NCBI GenBank assembly: GCA_934272745.1
Contig: CAKQSI010000003.1
Coordinates: 21,420 to 85,419 of the forward strand
Direction: 5' to 3'
DNA from: an uncultured Clostridia bacterium
GTDB lineage: Bacteria > Bacillota > Clostridia > Christensenellales > Borkfalkiaceae
Length of the DNA: 64,000 nucleotides
The position numbers and the translations under genes are program-made. Below the pieces are notes generated by a model. It saw only the letters and a list, made by a program, of their open reading frames with translations. It made no database searches and was not told the DNA's origin. Shown in pieces: positions 18,657 through 29,457 of the stretch (position 1 is its first letter; every line of letters begins with the position of its first letter).

Positions 18657-19598
18657 GTTGCCGCTTTGGGGCTGATCGGGCGCAACTCGCGCGGCGTTTG
18701 TTCCGGGCGCGGCGTTCGGCGATGCGGATTGCGCAGGGGCTTCTCCGGTCGTGCCGGATGCGGTCGTCATTCCGGCGCCTTCAGTCACCGGGCGGGCGGC
18801 GGCAAGCGCAGCCTGCTTTTCGGCGCGTTTCTTTCTTCTTTTCTTTCCGGTAAACACAATAATCAGTACGACGGGTACCGCGATGACGGCAACCGGCAAC
18901 AGGAAGACGACGGCGTTCACCAAAAATAAGAAGACGTTTTTGACGAAATTCCAGCCGCTGAGGAAGGCTTCCTTGATCTCGATTTTGGCAGACGTATTGC
19001 CGTTTTCGATCACCGTAACCGAAATGCGGCTGTAATCGATGCGGTCGTCGTAGTCGTTTAACTTCGCTTCGATTTCGCTTAAAGAGGCTTCGATTTCGGC
19101 AAGTTGCGGTAAAATATATTTCACGATGGTTTCGCTGCTTTCGGCTTCCATCAGGGCTAACAGACGGGTGCGTTCGGCAAGCAACGCCTCTCTTTTTCTG
19201 GTGAGGGAACCATACGCGTCGGTGACGTCTTCCGCCGTCTGCGACAGGGAAGAAACCTTTCCCGCGCCCGAAAGCGAACCGAGAAACGCGTCGAATTCGG
19301 TAGTTTTTACGCGCAGAACGAGGTACGCGCGGTCGTCGTACACGGTGCGGCTTTCCAGATAACTCCCCTCGGGAAGCAGCGCCGTAACGGCGTCCACGCC
19401 CGCGCTCACTTCTTTTACCGAAAGGGTGAGGGAGGCGGAGTAAACGATTTTCCGGTCGCCGGAAGCGGAAACAAATCCGCCGGTTTTGCCCGCGGAGCCG
19501 TTGCCGTCATTCGGCGCGCCTTTTCCGCAACCGGTAAAAAGAACGGTCAATAGAAGCAAAAGTACCGTAACAGCGGTAAACAACTTGCGTTTTTTCAT
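18603..19598 (-). CDS. DUF4349-like lipoprotein with a C-terminal membrane anchor
   Basis: AGGAGGG RBS. MKKRKLFTAVTVLLLLLTVLFTGCG is a lipoprotein signal peptide. It has a coiled-coil-like centre, a C-terminal TM segment (FLFLVNAVVFLLPVAVIAVPVVLIIVF) and a basic / low-complexity tail. This architecture is typical of DUF4349. Confidence 0.6.
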   Translation of the reverse strand: MKKRKLFTAVTVLLLLLTVLFTGCGKGAPNDGNGSAGKTGGFVSASGDRKIVYSASLTLSVKEVSAGVDAVTALLPEGSYLESRTVYDDRAYLVLRVKTTEFDAFLGSLSGAGKVSSLSQTAEDVTDAYGSLTRKREALLAERTRLLALMEAESSETIVKYILPQLAEIEASLSEIEAKLNDYDDRIDYSRISVTVIENGNTSAKIEIKEAFLSGWNFVKNVFLFLVNAVVFLLPVAVIAVPVVLIIVFTGKKRRKKRAEKQAALAAARPVTEGAGMTTASGTTGEAPAQSASPNAAPGTNAARVAPDQPQSGNPYAKGNPYAPNDRPDEK

Positions 19599-20211
19599 AA
19601 TTCCCTCCTGTGTTGGGTCGTGCCCGAAAACGGGTGAATAAAATCCCGGCGTTTATTATATTGTAAGGCAAAGGACACGTTTTGTCAAGGGGAAGGCGCT
19701 TTTTCTGCGGAAAGCGGACGACTAACCGAAAAAACGGGCAATGGCGACCGACTATTTCGGGGAGAGAATAACCGCTTGAGAAAGCGGCGGGTCGGGACGA
19801 CCGACCGTTTCGCAAACGGACGATTGCCCGGAAAACGCAGGAGGGCGACAGCGACCTGCAATTCAGGGCAACACCCTGAAAAAGCGGCGCGCCCGGCGAC
19901 CTTTCTTCGTGTTTTCCCGGAGAGAAAATCTTCCGCTTGCCGTTCTATTGTGGTACGCCTCGGCATAAAGTAAAGGCAGAAAGCGCACGGCGCAAGTCAG
20001 GCTGGAGTGCCCGGCACGACGGGCGCGCGGTTTCCGGTGCAAAGCAGGGGATAGAGTAAAACAAGGGAAAATCCGGAATATCACGCCCCGCAGACACGGC
20101 AAAAGCATGCGGCAAACGTCACAGGGAAAGACAAATTCGACAAAAATCGCGCTCTTTTTCCAAAGGTTACGAAAATCTGCGCTCATCCGTCTGCTATAAT
20201 GAGGAGGAAAT

Positions 20212-20976
20212 ATGAAAATTCTCGTCGCAAAGCGGAATACGCTGTTTTTGGGGGCGGCGCTTCTTCTTTCGTTCGTCCTTTCGGTCTGGGCGCTGTCCGC
20301 GTCCGGCGCCTACGCGGTGTTCTACAATCGCACCGTGCGCGAACTGCCCATTTATTCGGTGGAACGCGAAGAAAAGGTGGTGGCGATCACGTTCGACGCC
20401 GCCTGGGGAACCGAACACACCGACGAAATTTTAACCCGTCTTGCGGAAAAAAACGTCAAAGCGACCTTTTTTCTGGTGGAATTCTGGACGAAAAAGTATC
20501 CGGATTACGTCAAAAAGATTGCGGAAGCTGGTCATGCGATCGGTACCCACTCGGCAACGCACGGGCATATGAGCAAGATGAGCGAAGCGGTTATTCAGAA
20601 GGAACTTTCCACTTCTTCCGCGGCGATCACGGAGATTACGGGGCAGTCCGTCACGCTCTTCCGCCCGCCGTACGGCGATTATAACGACCGGCTGATGAAA
20701 ACTGCGAAAAGTATGGGGCTGTATTCCATTCAGTGGGACGTGGACAGTCTGGACTGGAAAGATCTTTCCGCGGGCGATATCGCAAAGCGCGTGGTGCCCA
20801 AAGTCAAAAACGGGTCGATCGTTCTTTGTCACAACAACGGCAAGCATACGGCGGAAGCGCTCCCCGTGATTTTAGAAGCGCTGCAAAACGCCGGTTACCG
20901 CTTTGTGACGGTGGAAGAACTGATTTATAAAGAGAACTATCAGATGGACGCAAACGGCAGGCAGTTTCCCGCTTAG
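20212..20976 (+). CDS. Polysaccharide deacetylase family protein (NodB homology domain, PdaB-like)
   Basis: GAGGAGG RBS. N-terminal TM/signal segment. Motifs ITFDAAWG, GHAIGTHSATH, LFRPPYGDYN and IQWDVDSLDW. Confidence 0.85.
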   Translation: MKILVAKRNTLFLGAALLLSFVLSVWALSASGAYAVFYNRTVRELPIYSVEREEKVVAITFDAAWGTEHTDEILTRLAEKNVKATFFLVEFWTKKYPDYVKKIAEAGHAIGTHSATHGHMSKMSEAVIQKELSTSSAAITEITGQSVTLFRPPYGDYNDRLMKTAKSMGLYSIQWDVDSLDWKDLSAGDIAKRVVPKVKNGSIVLCHNNGKHTAEALPVILEALQNAGYRFVTVEELIYKENYQMDANGRQFPA

Positions 20977-21057
20977 AGAAGCGGCGCGCAACCGGTATCT
21001 GCCCGCAAGGGGCGGCAGAACCCGCCGCGGGCGCAAAACGTGGCGGGACTTCCCGCC

Positions 21058-21112
21058 GGGCAAGAAATAAGCCCGACGGGCAAGAAATAAGCCCGCCGGG
21101 CAATCCGCCCGC
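21058..21112. repeat. Tandem repeat, about 2.7 x 20 bp
   Basis: GGGCAAGAAATAAGCCCG(A/C)C at 21058 and 21078, with a partial copy at 21098. Confidence 0.9.
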
Positions 21113-21334
21113 GCAAAAGCGTACCGCTGCGGCAGGATTTCCGCAAGGGCGGAAACTTTCACCCATATAAACCCGCCATCGAGTGGCAGAAATTTTATCC
21201 CTATAAACCCGTCCGCGTGCCGAAAAACGCGGGACGTACCATGAAAAACAAAACGGGAACGCGTTTCCCGAACAAGAAAGCCGAAGCGTGAAAAAAGAAA
21301 AAACGGCGCTTCGATAAAAAACGGAGGAGAGAAA

Positions 21335-22042
21335 ATGTTAACGAACGGCTATGAGAAAAACAACAAAGTGTACGTTTCCGGCAAAATCGTAAGCGACGCC
21401 GAATTTTCGCACGAGGTCTACGGCGAAGGCTTTTACGAAATGAAACTGGAAGTCAGACGCCTTTCCGGGCAGGCGGATATTCTGCCGGTCACCGTTTCCG
21501 AACGGCTGATTGCGGAAAGCGACCTGAAAGTGGGGCAAACGCTGTCCGCCGTAGGGCAGTTCCGCAGTTATAACAAGATCGTGGACGGCAAAAGCCGGTT
21601 GATGCTGACCGTGTTCGTCCGCGAAATCGTAAGCGAAGAGCAATACAAAAACCCCAACAGCATCGTGCTGTGCGGTTATATCTGCAAGCCGCCCGTCTAT
21701 CGTACGACGCCCTTCTCGCGCGAGATCGCGGACGTTTTGATCGCGGTCAACCGGGCGTATAACAAGTCCGACTATATTCCCTGCATCGCCTGGGGCAGAA
21801 ACGCGCGGTTCGTCAAAAATTTAGGCGTCGGGGAGCGCGTTGCGCTTTCGGGAAGAATCCAGAGCCGCGAGTATCAGAAAAAAACCGAAAACGGAGAAGT
21901 GCATTCCATGACCGCGTACGAGGTGTCGGTCAGCAAACTTGCCGCCTACGACGACGTGACCGCGTTCGATCTTTCGGGGGAGTTCGATCTGCTGCTTTCG
22001 CCGAAAAACGCCGCGCCGCAGCCGGTGATTTACGGGGAATGA
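21335..22042 (+). CDS. Tandem OB-fold single-stranded-DNA-binding-like protein
   Basis: GGAGGAG RBS. Two SSB-like halves: VYVSGKIVSDAEFSHEVYGEGFYEMKLEVRRLSG...LMLTVFVREI, and IVLCGYICKPPVYRTTP...IPCIAWGRNARFV..GERVALSGRIQSREYQKK...EVSVSKL. Confidence 0.5.
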   Translation: MLTNGYEKNNKVYVSGKIVSDAEFSHEVYGEGFYEMKLEVRRLSGQADILPVTVSERLIAESDLKVGQTLSAVGQFRSYNKIVDGKSRLMLTVFVREIVSEEQYKNPNSIVLCGYICKPPVYRTTPFSREIADVLIAVNRAYNKSDYIPCIAWGRNARFVKNLGVGERVALSGRIQSREYQKKTENGEVHSMTAYEVSVSKLAAYDDVTAFDLSGEFDLLLSPKNAAPQPVIYGE

Positions 22043-22179
22043 AACCCGGACGCGCTGAAAAATTTACGACGTAAAGATCGTTGCGGGAAAGAAAGACCGT
22101 CCGGGCTTCGCTCAGAACGGTATTTTTTCTCAAAAAAAGCGAAAAAAGCGTGATTTTACGAAAAAGTGTGACAAAAGAA

Positions 22180-22208
22180 TTGAAAAAAGTTGCGGGATAT
22201 GTTAAAAT
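22180..22208 (+). promoter_or_regulatory. Sigma-A-type promoter upstream of the CNNM/CorC transporter
   Basis: TTGAAA (22180-22185), 17-nt spacer, TAAAAT (22203-22208); leader of about 120 nt. Confidence 0.5.
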
Positions 22209-22331
22209 AGATATAATTCCGTTTCGGCGGGTGCGTAAAACCGGAGATTTCCGCGGCTGAACCGTGGGAACCCCAAAGAAATTTTCGCCGGAAAGGAAAA
22301 TCATTCTATTTTTTTAATCGGGAGCAGAGCA

Positions 22332-23720
22332 ATGAACAGCGACAGTATACCCATATTTGTGGTATTACTCATCCTAATTTTCCTCTCCGCCTTCTTTTCC
22401 GCAACGGAAACGGCATTTTCGTCTCTTAACAAAATCCGCATCAAAACGCTTGCCGCGGACGGCAATAAAAAAGCCAGACTGGTTTCTAAATTCGTAGATA
22501 ATTACGACCGGCTGCTTTCCACCGTCTTAATCGGCAATAACATTGTCAATATTACGGCGTCTTCGCTTGCCACGGTGTTGTTTACCAAATACCTTCTCCC
22601 CGCAAGCGAGGGGACGGCGGTCACTCTTTCTACCGTCGTGCTTACCGTCGTCATTTTAATTTTCGGCGAAATTACGCCCAAAACGCTGGCAAAAGAAAAT
22701 CCGGAAAAGTACGCCATGGCGATTGCCGGGGTTGTCCGGTTTATTTATATTTTGCTTTATCCCGTCAACATCATTTTCGTCGGGTGGAAAAAGTTACTCA
22801 AAAAAATGTTCCGTATTCAGTCCGATCAGGGCATTACGGAAGAAGAACTTCTGACCATCGTGGACGAGGCGGAAAAAAACGGCGACCTTTCGGGGGAGGA
22901 AACCGAACTCATTTCCTCCGCGATCGAATTCAACGACCGCGACGTGGGAGATATCATCATTCCGCGCGTCAACGTCATTGCGGTGGAGAAAACCACCCCG
23001 ATGGAAGAGATCAAAAAGATCTTTCTGGAATACGAATTTTCCCGTCTGCCCGTTTACGACGGCAGTATCGATAAAATCGTGGGAATGATCCACGAAAAAG
23101 ACTTCTATACCGTCTATTTCAATCTGGAAAAGAACATCGACCGCATCATTCAAAAGGTGGTTTTCACCACCCCGCATATGAAAATTTCCATGCTTTTGAG
23201 CAAATTGCAGCGCGAAAAAGTACATCTTGCCATCGTGACCGACGAGTACGGCGGAACGCTGGGCTTAGTGACCATGGAAGACATTCTGGAAGAACTGGTG
23301 GGCGAGATCTGGGACGAACACGACGACGTCATCACCTATTTCCAGAAGCAGGAAGAAGGCGTTTATCTGGTGGACGGCAACGCGCCTTTGCACGAACTGT
23401 TCGAACTGATCGATTTCAAAACGCAGGAAGAGTTTGAAGCGACCACCGTCGGCGGTTGGGTGACCGAAATGATGGAAGCCATTCCCGTCGCGGGGGAAGG
23501 GTTCGATTATGAAAACCTGCATATCGATATCACGAAAACCGACGCGCGCCGCGTGATCGAAGTGCGCCTGACCGTAAACGAAAAGGCGGAAGAAGAGGAC
23601 GACGGCGCACGACCTTTGAAATTGTTCGATCGCGACAAGGATAAAGAAAAGGACGACGACAAGAGGGATAAAGACAACAAAAAGGACAAAGACGACGAAA
23701 AAGACAAAGACGGCGAATAA
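22332..23720 (+). CDS. CNNM/DUF21-CBS-CorC_HlyC family transporter (HlyC/CorC family) with a D/K-rich C-terminal tail
   Basis: N-terminal DUF21 TM region (FFSATETAFSSLNKIRIKTLA), a CBS pair (IIPRVNVIAVE..., VYDGSIDKIVGMIHEKD) and a CorC_HlyC end (GGWVTEMMEAIPVAGEGF). The tail reads DRDKDKEKDDDKRDKDNKKDKDDEKDKDGE. Confidence 0.88.
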   Translation: MNSDSIPIFVVLLILIFLSAFFSATETAFSSLNKIRIKTLAADGNKKARLVSKFVDNYDRLLSTVLIGNNIVNITASSLATVLFTKYLLPASEGTAVTLSTVVLTVVILIFGEITPKTLAKENPEKYAMAIAGVVRFIYILLYPVNIIFVGWKKLLKKMFRIQSDQGITEEELLTIVDEAEKNGDLSGEETELISSAIEFNDRDVGDIIIPRVNVIAVEKTTPMEEIKKIFLEYEFSRLPVYDGSIDKIVGMIHEKDFYTVYFNLEKNIDRIIQKVVFTTPHMKISMLLSKLQREKVHLAIVTDEYGGTLGLVTMEDILEELVGEIWDEHDDVITYFQKQEEGVYLVDGNAPLHELFELIDFKTQEEFEATTVGGWVTEMMEAIPVAGEGFDYENLHIDITKTDARRVIEVRLTVNEKAEEEDDGARPLKLFDRDKDKEKDDDKRDKDNKKDKDDEKDKDGE

Positions 23721-23740
23721 TTTACGCGCAGTTTACGCGT

Positions 23741-23772
23741 GGGCGACGGCAAAACCGCCGCCCTTGTTTTTC
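23741..23772 (+). terminator. Rho-independent terminator after the CNNM/CorC gene
   Basis: GGGCGACGG / CCGCCGCCC stem (one mismatch), CAAAA loop, then TTGTTTTT. Confidence 0.6.
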
Positions 23773-24030
23773 TTTAAAACGCGCGGAATGGGACTTTTGG
23801 GGCAGGTGCTGCAGGGTTTTTTCGGGGAGACTTGCCGCCCTTGTTTTTCCTAAAAAAAGGAAAACTTTGTTTCATTTTCCTTTCACGTGGAAAAAGTATA
23901 CTGTTTTTTGCCGCGGGCGGGATTTAAGTTTCCACATGCGGGGCTTAAAGTCCCCGTATAAAAAGCGCCCCGCGTAAATAGCAACGTCGCCGAAGCGGCG
24001 CGAAAGGAAAACCAAGCCTGAACGGCTCCG

Positions 24031-24070
24031 CGCGAAAACCGGAAACCCCGCGAAAACCGGAAACCCCCGC
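24031..24070. repeat. Tandem repeat, 2 x 18 bp
   Basis: CGCGAAAACCGGAAACCC at 24031 and 24049. Confidence 0.85.
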
Positions 24071-24166
24071 GATTATCAACCGCGATGCAAAACCGCAAAT
24101 GGCAGAATTGTAAAACCGCAAGATATCAATCCGTTCACAGCGCAAAAGAAAAAGAGGTGGAGCGAA

Positions 24167-26815
24167 ATGTTGCAACTGAAAGAAATTACCAAAACTTACG
24201 CGTCCGAAGATTTCAGCGTTCAGGCGCTGAAAGGCGTTTCGCTGGCGTTTCGGAAAAGCGAATTCGTCGCCGTATTAGGGCAGAGCGGCTGCGGGAAAAC
24301 CACCATGCTCAATATCGTAGGCGGCCTTGACCGTTATACGTCGGGCGATCTTGTGATCGGCGGCGTTTCCACGAAAGACTTCCGCGACCGCGACTGGGAC
24401 GACTATCGCAACCACACCATCGGGTTCGTGTTTCAGAGTTACAATCTCATTCCGCACCAAAGCGTTTTGGGGAACGTAGAACTTGCCCTGACGCTTGCGG
24501 GCATTTCCCCCAAGGAGCGCAAGGAACGCGCCCTGAAAGCCTTAGAAAAAGTGGGCTTGAAAGATCACGTTAAAAAACGCCCCAACCAACTTTCGGGCGG
24601 GCAGATGCAGCGCGTTGCCATTGCGCGGGCGCTGGTCAACAATCCGTCCGTCATTCTGGCGGACGAACCGACGGGCGCGCTGGATTCCGAAACCAGCGTG
24701 CAGGTAATGGATTTACTGAAAGAAGTTGCTGCCGACCGGCTGGTCGTGATGGTCACGCACAATCCGGAACTCGCCAAAAAATACGCCACGCGCACCATTA
24801 CCCTTGCCGACGGACTGGTAACGGGGGACAGCAACCCCTATACTTTTGCGGAAGCCGACGCGCAGGAGGCGGCGGACAAGGCCGCCAAAGAGCAGGAAGA
24901 TGCGGCGCGCGTTGCGGCTGCCGAACAGCAGGGTAAAAAGTATAAAAAGTCAAAGCGCAAAAAGGCTTCGATGTCCTTTTTTACCGCGTTGTCGCTCAGT
25001 TTAAGGAATCTTGCCACCAAAAAAGCGCGCACGTTTCTGACTTCGTTTGCGGGGAGTATCGGCATTATCGGCATCGCGCTTATTTTGTCGCTGTCGTCCG
25101 GGTTTCAGAGTTATATCGACCGCGTACAGCGCGACACGCTCAGCAATTACCCGGTACAGATCAACCGGAGCGCTTCGGACTATACCGGCATGATGGGTTC
25201 GATGATGAATATGGGTTCTTCCGGAGACGCGGAAAAATACCCCGACGGAAGCACGGTCACCGTGCGGGACGGGCTTTCGTCGCTGCTCGATACCTTCGTT
25301 TTCTCGTCCAGGCAAAACGACTTAAAGTCGCTGAAATCCTACCTCGATACCAATGCGGATATGGAAAAGATCAGCGTTATTCAGTATACTTACGACGTGA
25401 ATATGAACTTTTTCAAGCCCAAAGAAGGCGGCGGATATACGCTTCTGAAAGACCCTTTGCAGGTGATCATGGCGATGTCCGGCTCCGATTCGGAAAGCGG
25501 ATCGGGAAACGCCGAACAGATGAACACTTCTCTGCAAGCGCTGTCGATTGCCGCGTTTTCGGAAATGGTGGCTAACCGCGACCTTCTGCTTTCGCAGTAC
25601 GACGTGCTTGCCGGCAGATGGTGCAATCCCGATTCCCCCGACGAAGTCATGATCATGGTGGACGAATACAACCGCATTTCGGACTACACCCTGTACTATT
25701 TAGGGTTGATGGATCAGGCGGAAATCTACTATAAAATGGTGGCGTATTCGGTGCGCATGCAGCGCCCGACTGCGAGCGAACAGGAGATCAAGACCGTCAC
25801 CTTGCAGTATCTTCGCACCTATTACGGCATCGAATACGATCCGGACGCCGCGGCCGAAAAGCCCACGTTCACTTTTGCCGAACTGCTTTCGCAGGAATTT
25901 ACCATTCTGCAAGGGTACGATTTCTACGAAAAATCGGGAACGGGTTACGAAAAACGGGACGGCAATTCGGAATTCGTGCAGAATAAAGTGGCGGCTTCTT
26001 CCCGCAAGTTGAAAGTTGCGGGTATTCTGCGGTTGAAACAAAACGTTACTTCCGGCAGTTTGAAAGGCGCGGTCGTGTACCAGTCTTCGCTGACCAAAGC
26101 GCTGATCGCCGATCAGGAAAGCAGCGAGATTATTCGCATGCAGAAAGACAATCCCAACGACGACGTGTTTACCGGCAACGCGTTCTCCTATCGCGATTCC
26201 ACCGTCACGTACGAGGGCAACCTCAAAAAACTGGGCGTTGCGAGCGAGGATTCGCCTTCTGCGATCTATATTTATCCCAGTTCGTTTGAAAACAAAGATT
26301 ACGTCACGGGGTTGATCACCGCGTTTAACGAAGGCAGAGAGGAAAAAGACCGGATCACTTATACCGACTACGTCGGGTTGATGATGAGTTCGGTCACCAC
26401 GATCATCGACGTCATTTCCTACGTCCTCATCGCGTTCGTGTCCATTTCGCTCATCGTTTCGTCCATTATGATCGGTATCATCACCTATATTTCGGTGCTG
26501 GAACGCACCAAGGAGATCGGCGTGCTGCGCAGTATCGGCGCGTCGAAAGGGGATATTTCCAACGTGTTCAATGCGGAAACGCTCATCGTCGGCTTCCTTG
26601 CGGGCATGATCGGGATTTTTGCGACCGTGCTTCTGAATATTCCCGTCAATCTGATCATCAATCATTTTGCAGACATCGGCGCGGTGGCGAAACTGCCCGT
26701 TGCCGGCGGCGTTATTCTGGTTGTGATCAGTATGCTTCTGACCTTTATCGCAGGGCTGATTCCTTCCCGCATTGCGGCGAAGAAGGATCCCGTCGTAGCG
26801 CTCCGCTCGGAATAA
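24167..26815 (+). CDS. Fused ABC transporter ATP-binding protein / FtsX-MacB-type permease with a large extracytoplasmic domain
   Basis: GAGGTGGAG RBS. Walker [10 protein letters not shown], signature [15 protein letters not shown], Walker [14 protein letters not shown]1 is near residue 290; about 430 aa of non-hydrophobic sequence follows, then the C-terminal FtsX helices. Confidence 0.9.
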   Translation: MLQLKEITKTYASEDFSVQALKGVSLAFRKSEFVAVLGQSGCGKTTMLNIVGGLDRYTSGDLVIGGVSTKDFRDRDWDDYRNHTIGFVFQSYNLIPHQSVLGNVELALTLAGISPKERKERALKALEKVGLKDHVKKRPNQLSGGQMQRVAIARALVNNPSVILADEPTGALDSETSVQVMDLLKEVAADRLVVMVTHNPELAKKYATRTITLADGLVTGDSNPYTFAEADAQEAADKAAKEQEDAARVAAAEQQGKKYKKSKRKKASMSFFTALSLSLRNLATKKARTFLTSFAGSIGIIGIALILSLSSGFQSYIDRVQRDTLSNYPVQINRSASDYTGMMGSMMNMGSSGDAEKYPDGSTVTVRDGLSSLLDTFVFSSRQNDLKSLKSYLDTNADMEKISVIQYTYDVNMNFFKPKEGGGYTLLKDPLQVIMAMSGSDSESGSGNAEQMNTSLQALSIAAFSEMVANRDLLLSQYDVLAGRWCNPDSPDEVMIMVDEYNRISDYTLYYLGLMDQAEIYYKMVAYSVRMQRPTASEQEIKTVTLQYLRTYYGIEYDPDAAAEKPTFTFAELLSQEFTILQGYDFYEKSGTGYEKRDGNSEFVQNKVAASSRKLKVAGILRLKQNVTSGSLKGAVVYQSSLTKALIADQESSEIIRMQKDNPNDDVFTGNAFSYRDSTVTYEGNLKKLGVASEDSPSAIYIYPSSFENKDYVTGLITAFNEGREEKDRITYTDYVGLMMSSVTTIIDVISYVLIAFVSISLIVSSIMIGIITYISVLERTKEIGVLRSIGASKGDISNVFNAETLIVGFLAGMIGIFATVLLNIPVNLIINHFADIGAVAKLPVAGGVILVVISMLLTFIAGLIPSRIAAKKDPVVALRSE

Positions 26816-27060
26816 CCGGCGTGCGGCGCTGCGGGCGGAATAACCGAAGTCGTAGCGCGCGGGCGGGGGAGCCTGTGGAAAGCGTGCCGCCTTTGCGTAT
26901 CCGGCAAAGCGTCGCAGCGCTTGCGGGCGCAAAAAATAAAAGCGATAAAAAGCGCGGCGATTGAAAATTTCCGTCCGGCGGCGCTTCGCGTAAGCGAAGC
27001 GCCGCCGGAAAACTTTCCGGTATCGCGAACTATCGTTTTATCCGGACAAACGGGGGAATT

Positions 27061-29457
27061 ATGAGGGACAAAAGAAAATTCATATGCAAAATCGGCACCG
27101 CAATGCTTGCGGTCGCGCTTTTACTGTCGCTTTCGGTGTTTTTTTGCTCCTGCGGCAAAAAAGATCCCGTGCCCGCGACGGAGGAAACAGAGTGCGTCCG
27201 CTATACGGGAAACGTTATTTCCGGCGTCGGCGTGATGCGGGAGGGAGACCTGTATTACCGCGCGGAAAAGAGTGAAAAGACGGGCAAAGGCTACCAAAAA
27301 TTAAAGAGCGCAAACGACGGTTATTCTACGTACGCGCTGCTTTCACATACCGAAAAACTGACCTTTTTCGATTGCTTTTTGGGCGAAAATGCGGACGGAA
27401 GCACCGATTTTATCGTAAACGGCAAGGCGTACCGTTTGCCCGGAAACGCAAGTTACGATTTTTATCTGCCCTTTTTGGTGGGTACGCGGACGGAAACGGC
27501 GGTTTCAAACGGGGCAAGTGCCGAGGTGGGTTCCGGGGCGGACGACAGTCCTTCCGTAAGCGCGGTTGAAAATCCGAAAACGGTCACGAAAAACGCATAC
27601 GTATCGCTGTTTTCGGTTACGGCACTGCTTTCAGGGGTAGAAGAAAACGCTGAAATTCCGCTGCATTTTGCGGTGACGGCAGACCTTTATTACAGCGCGG
27701 AAAGCGGCATGCCGGACGTCGTTTCCACCTTTGACGGTGAAAATTACGTCGCGGTAAACGCTGCGGGGAAAAAGGTCTTTACAAGCAAAGATCCCCTTTC
27801 CGTTACCCAAAAAGGGGGCAGATATTTCTATAAAACCTACGACCCGAATGCGAAAAAATACGCCGTGTACGGCGAGGACGGCACGTTGCTTCTTTCGGGC
27901 GCGGACGAAGTTGCCGATCCGGGCGGATACGATTATCTGATGGCGGTAAGGGCGGACGAGAGCGGCGAAACCGCAGAAGAATACTATTTTATCAGGGGAA
28001 ACGGAATGCTGACGCTTTCCGCTTCCGCTGCCGTGCTAGGCTATGCCGAAAGCGCTGTTTTGTACTTCGACGGCGAAAATTACGGCGTGTTTGACGGCGA
28101 AAACCGCGTTTTGCCCTATGGCAATATCGTTTCCAACTCGTCGGGGAGTTGCTATCTGGCGTACCCGAAAACTTCGCATCACACGCTCGATCTTTTAGAC
28201 GGGAACTTTCGGGTCATTGCCGAAAATTTGCCGGACGACGTGCGCCTTTCTTCGTTCAGCGAGCCGACGTCGGGATTTTTTGCCGCGTTCGACGGGGAAA
28301 GAACCTATACTTTCCGCACGGAATCCGGCGGGGTGAAAACGCTGACCCCGGCGGAGGGGGAAACGCTGACCTTTTCCGCCTGTACCGGCTTCGTTCTGCT
28401 CAAAAAAGGGGAGGACGTCCGTGTATTTTCCGCGTTTACGGGGAAGACGAGCGCGGTATATCGCAGCGTTTCCGTGCGGCGGGATTGCGGCGTAACCTAT
28501 GCGGTGGGCGTTTCGGACGGAGCCGTGGAAGCGTTCGACCCGAACGGCATTTCTTCTTCCGAAAAACTGCGCGCGGAATTTGCAGGCGCCGCCGCTTCGG
28601 AAATTTCCGTACAAATCGAACTTGCCGCAAACGCCGCGGATATGGCTGCGGGCGTGGCAAAACCGGTGGTTTTATTGAAGGCTTCCGCCGGGGAAAAAGT
28701 GTTCCGCTTTGCGCTCACGCGGGAGGGGTTTTTTGACGAAGAAACGGACGGTCGCCGCCTGTTCGTGCGCGAAATTCACGGGCAGCCCGCCTTTCTGACG
28801 CCCTTTTTAACGCTCGTCACGCACACGGAAACGGGCAGCGAAGTGTACGAAGTCGCTTCCTCCGTCACGAAAAAAGCCGAAACGAGTGCGATTCTTACCG
28901 CCTATCTTTGGGACGAGGACGGGGCGCGCGGCGGGTACGTGTACGAAGAAAACGGCAATTCCGGCGCGACGGACGAGGCGGGAACGCCGCTGTTTGCCGC
29001 GGAATTTTCGGAAATTCTGGCGGTTTCGGACGGGAATTATGCGGCAAAACGGGGCGAAGCGAATGTGGTTTTTCGTGTGGAAGCGGGCAAGATCGTCTAC
29101 CCCGCAGGGCTGGGGTCGGACTCCGTAGAACTGTATACGGGCGGCTTTTTCGTTGCCGTCGGGGACGGGAAAGGGGCGGTTTACCGTGGCTGCAGCCGCT
29201 ATCTTGAGGAAGAAATTCTGACCTGCGACGCGTATTACGCGGTGGACGTTGCGGCGGAAAAAGGCGGGACGGGAGAATATCCGGACGGCGATTCGGCTTT
29301 CGGCGGGGAAAACGACGGGATCGTTGCGGACGATATCGTCATTTCCCGCGTGTACGTGTTTGAAACGGAGTCCGGCGGCGTTTCGGTGCGCGTGCCGTAC
29401 AAGGCGCGGAAAACGCCCGCCTTTTCGACCGACGTTCTGGGCGACCGTTTGCCCTGA
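27061..29457 (+). CDS. Large lipoprotein of unknown function (798 aa)
   Basis: GGGGGAA RBS. Signal peptide AVALLLSLSVFFCSCGKKD with a lipobox Cys. I recognise no domain. It lies 246 bp downstream of the MacB-type ABC gene on the same strand. Confidence 0.75.
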   Translation: MRDKRKFICKIGTAMLAVALLLSLSVFFCSCGKKDPVPATEETECVRYTGNVISGVGVMREGDLYYRAEKSEKTGKGYQKLKSANDGYSTYALLSHTEKLTFFDCFLGENADGSTDFIVNGKAYRLPGNASYDFYLPFLVGTRTETAVSNGASAEVGSGADDSPSVSAVENPKTVTKNAYVSLFSVTALLSGVEENAEIPLHFAVTADLYYSAESGMPDVVSTFDGENYVAVNAAGKKVFTSKDPLSVTQKGGRYFYKTYDPNAKKYAVYGEDGTLLLSGADEVADPGGYDYLMAVRADESGETAEEYYFIRGNGMLTLSASAAVLGYAESAVLYFDGENYGVFDGENRVLPYGNIVSNSSGSCYLAYPKTSHHTLDLLDGNFRVIAENLPDDVRLSSFSEPTSGFFAAFDGERTYTFRTESGGVKTLTPAEGETLTFSACTGFVLLKKGEDVRVFSAFTGKTSAVYRSVSVRRDCGVTYAVGVSDGAVEAFDPNGISSSEKLRAEFAGAAASEISVQIELAANAADMAAGVAKPVVLLKASAGEKVFRFALTREGFFDEETDGRRLFVREIHGQPAFLTPFLTLVTHTETGSEVYEVASSVTKKAETSAILTAYLWDEDGARGGYVYEENGNSGATDEAGTPLFAAEFSEILAVSDGNYAAKRGEANVVFRVEAGKIVYPAGLGSDSVELYTGGFFVAVGDGKGAVYRGCSRYLEEEILTCDAYYAVDVAAEKGGTGEYPDGDSAFGGENDGIVADDIVISRVYVFETESGGVSVRVPYKARKTPAFSTDVLGDRLP

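Noticed and set aside
22209-22331. M-box (Mg) or yybP-ykoY (Mn) riboswitch in front of the CNNM/CorC gene
   Set aside because: The leader is too short for an M-box, and I see none of the conserved cores of either class. It is reported only as a low-confidence structured leader.
25700-26932. Long antisense or alternative-frame ORFs. Examples: 25700-26932 (-), 36270-37289 (-), 51513-52547 (-), 30770-31633 (-), 3825-4832 (-), 13760-14527 (-), 45870-46541 (-), 34951-35691 (+) and 16987-17781 (+).
   Set aside because: All overlap genes that carry clear family motifs. They lack RBSs and have arginine/glycine-rich nonsense composition typical of open non-coding frames in high-GC sequence.
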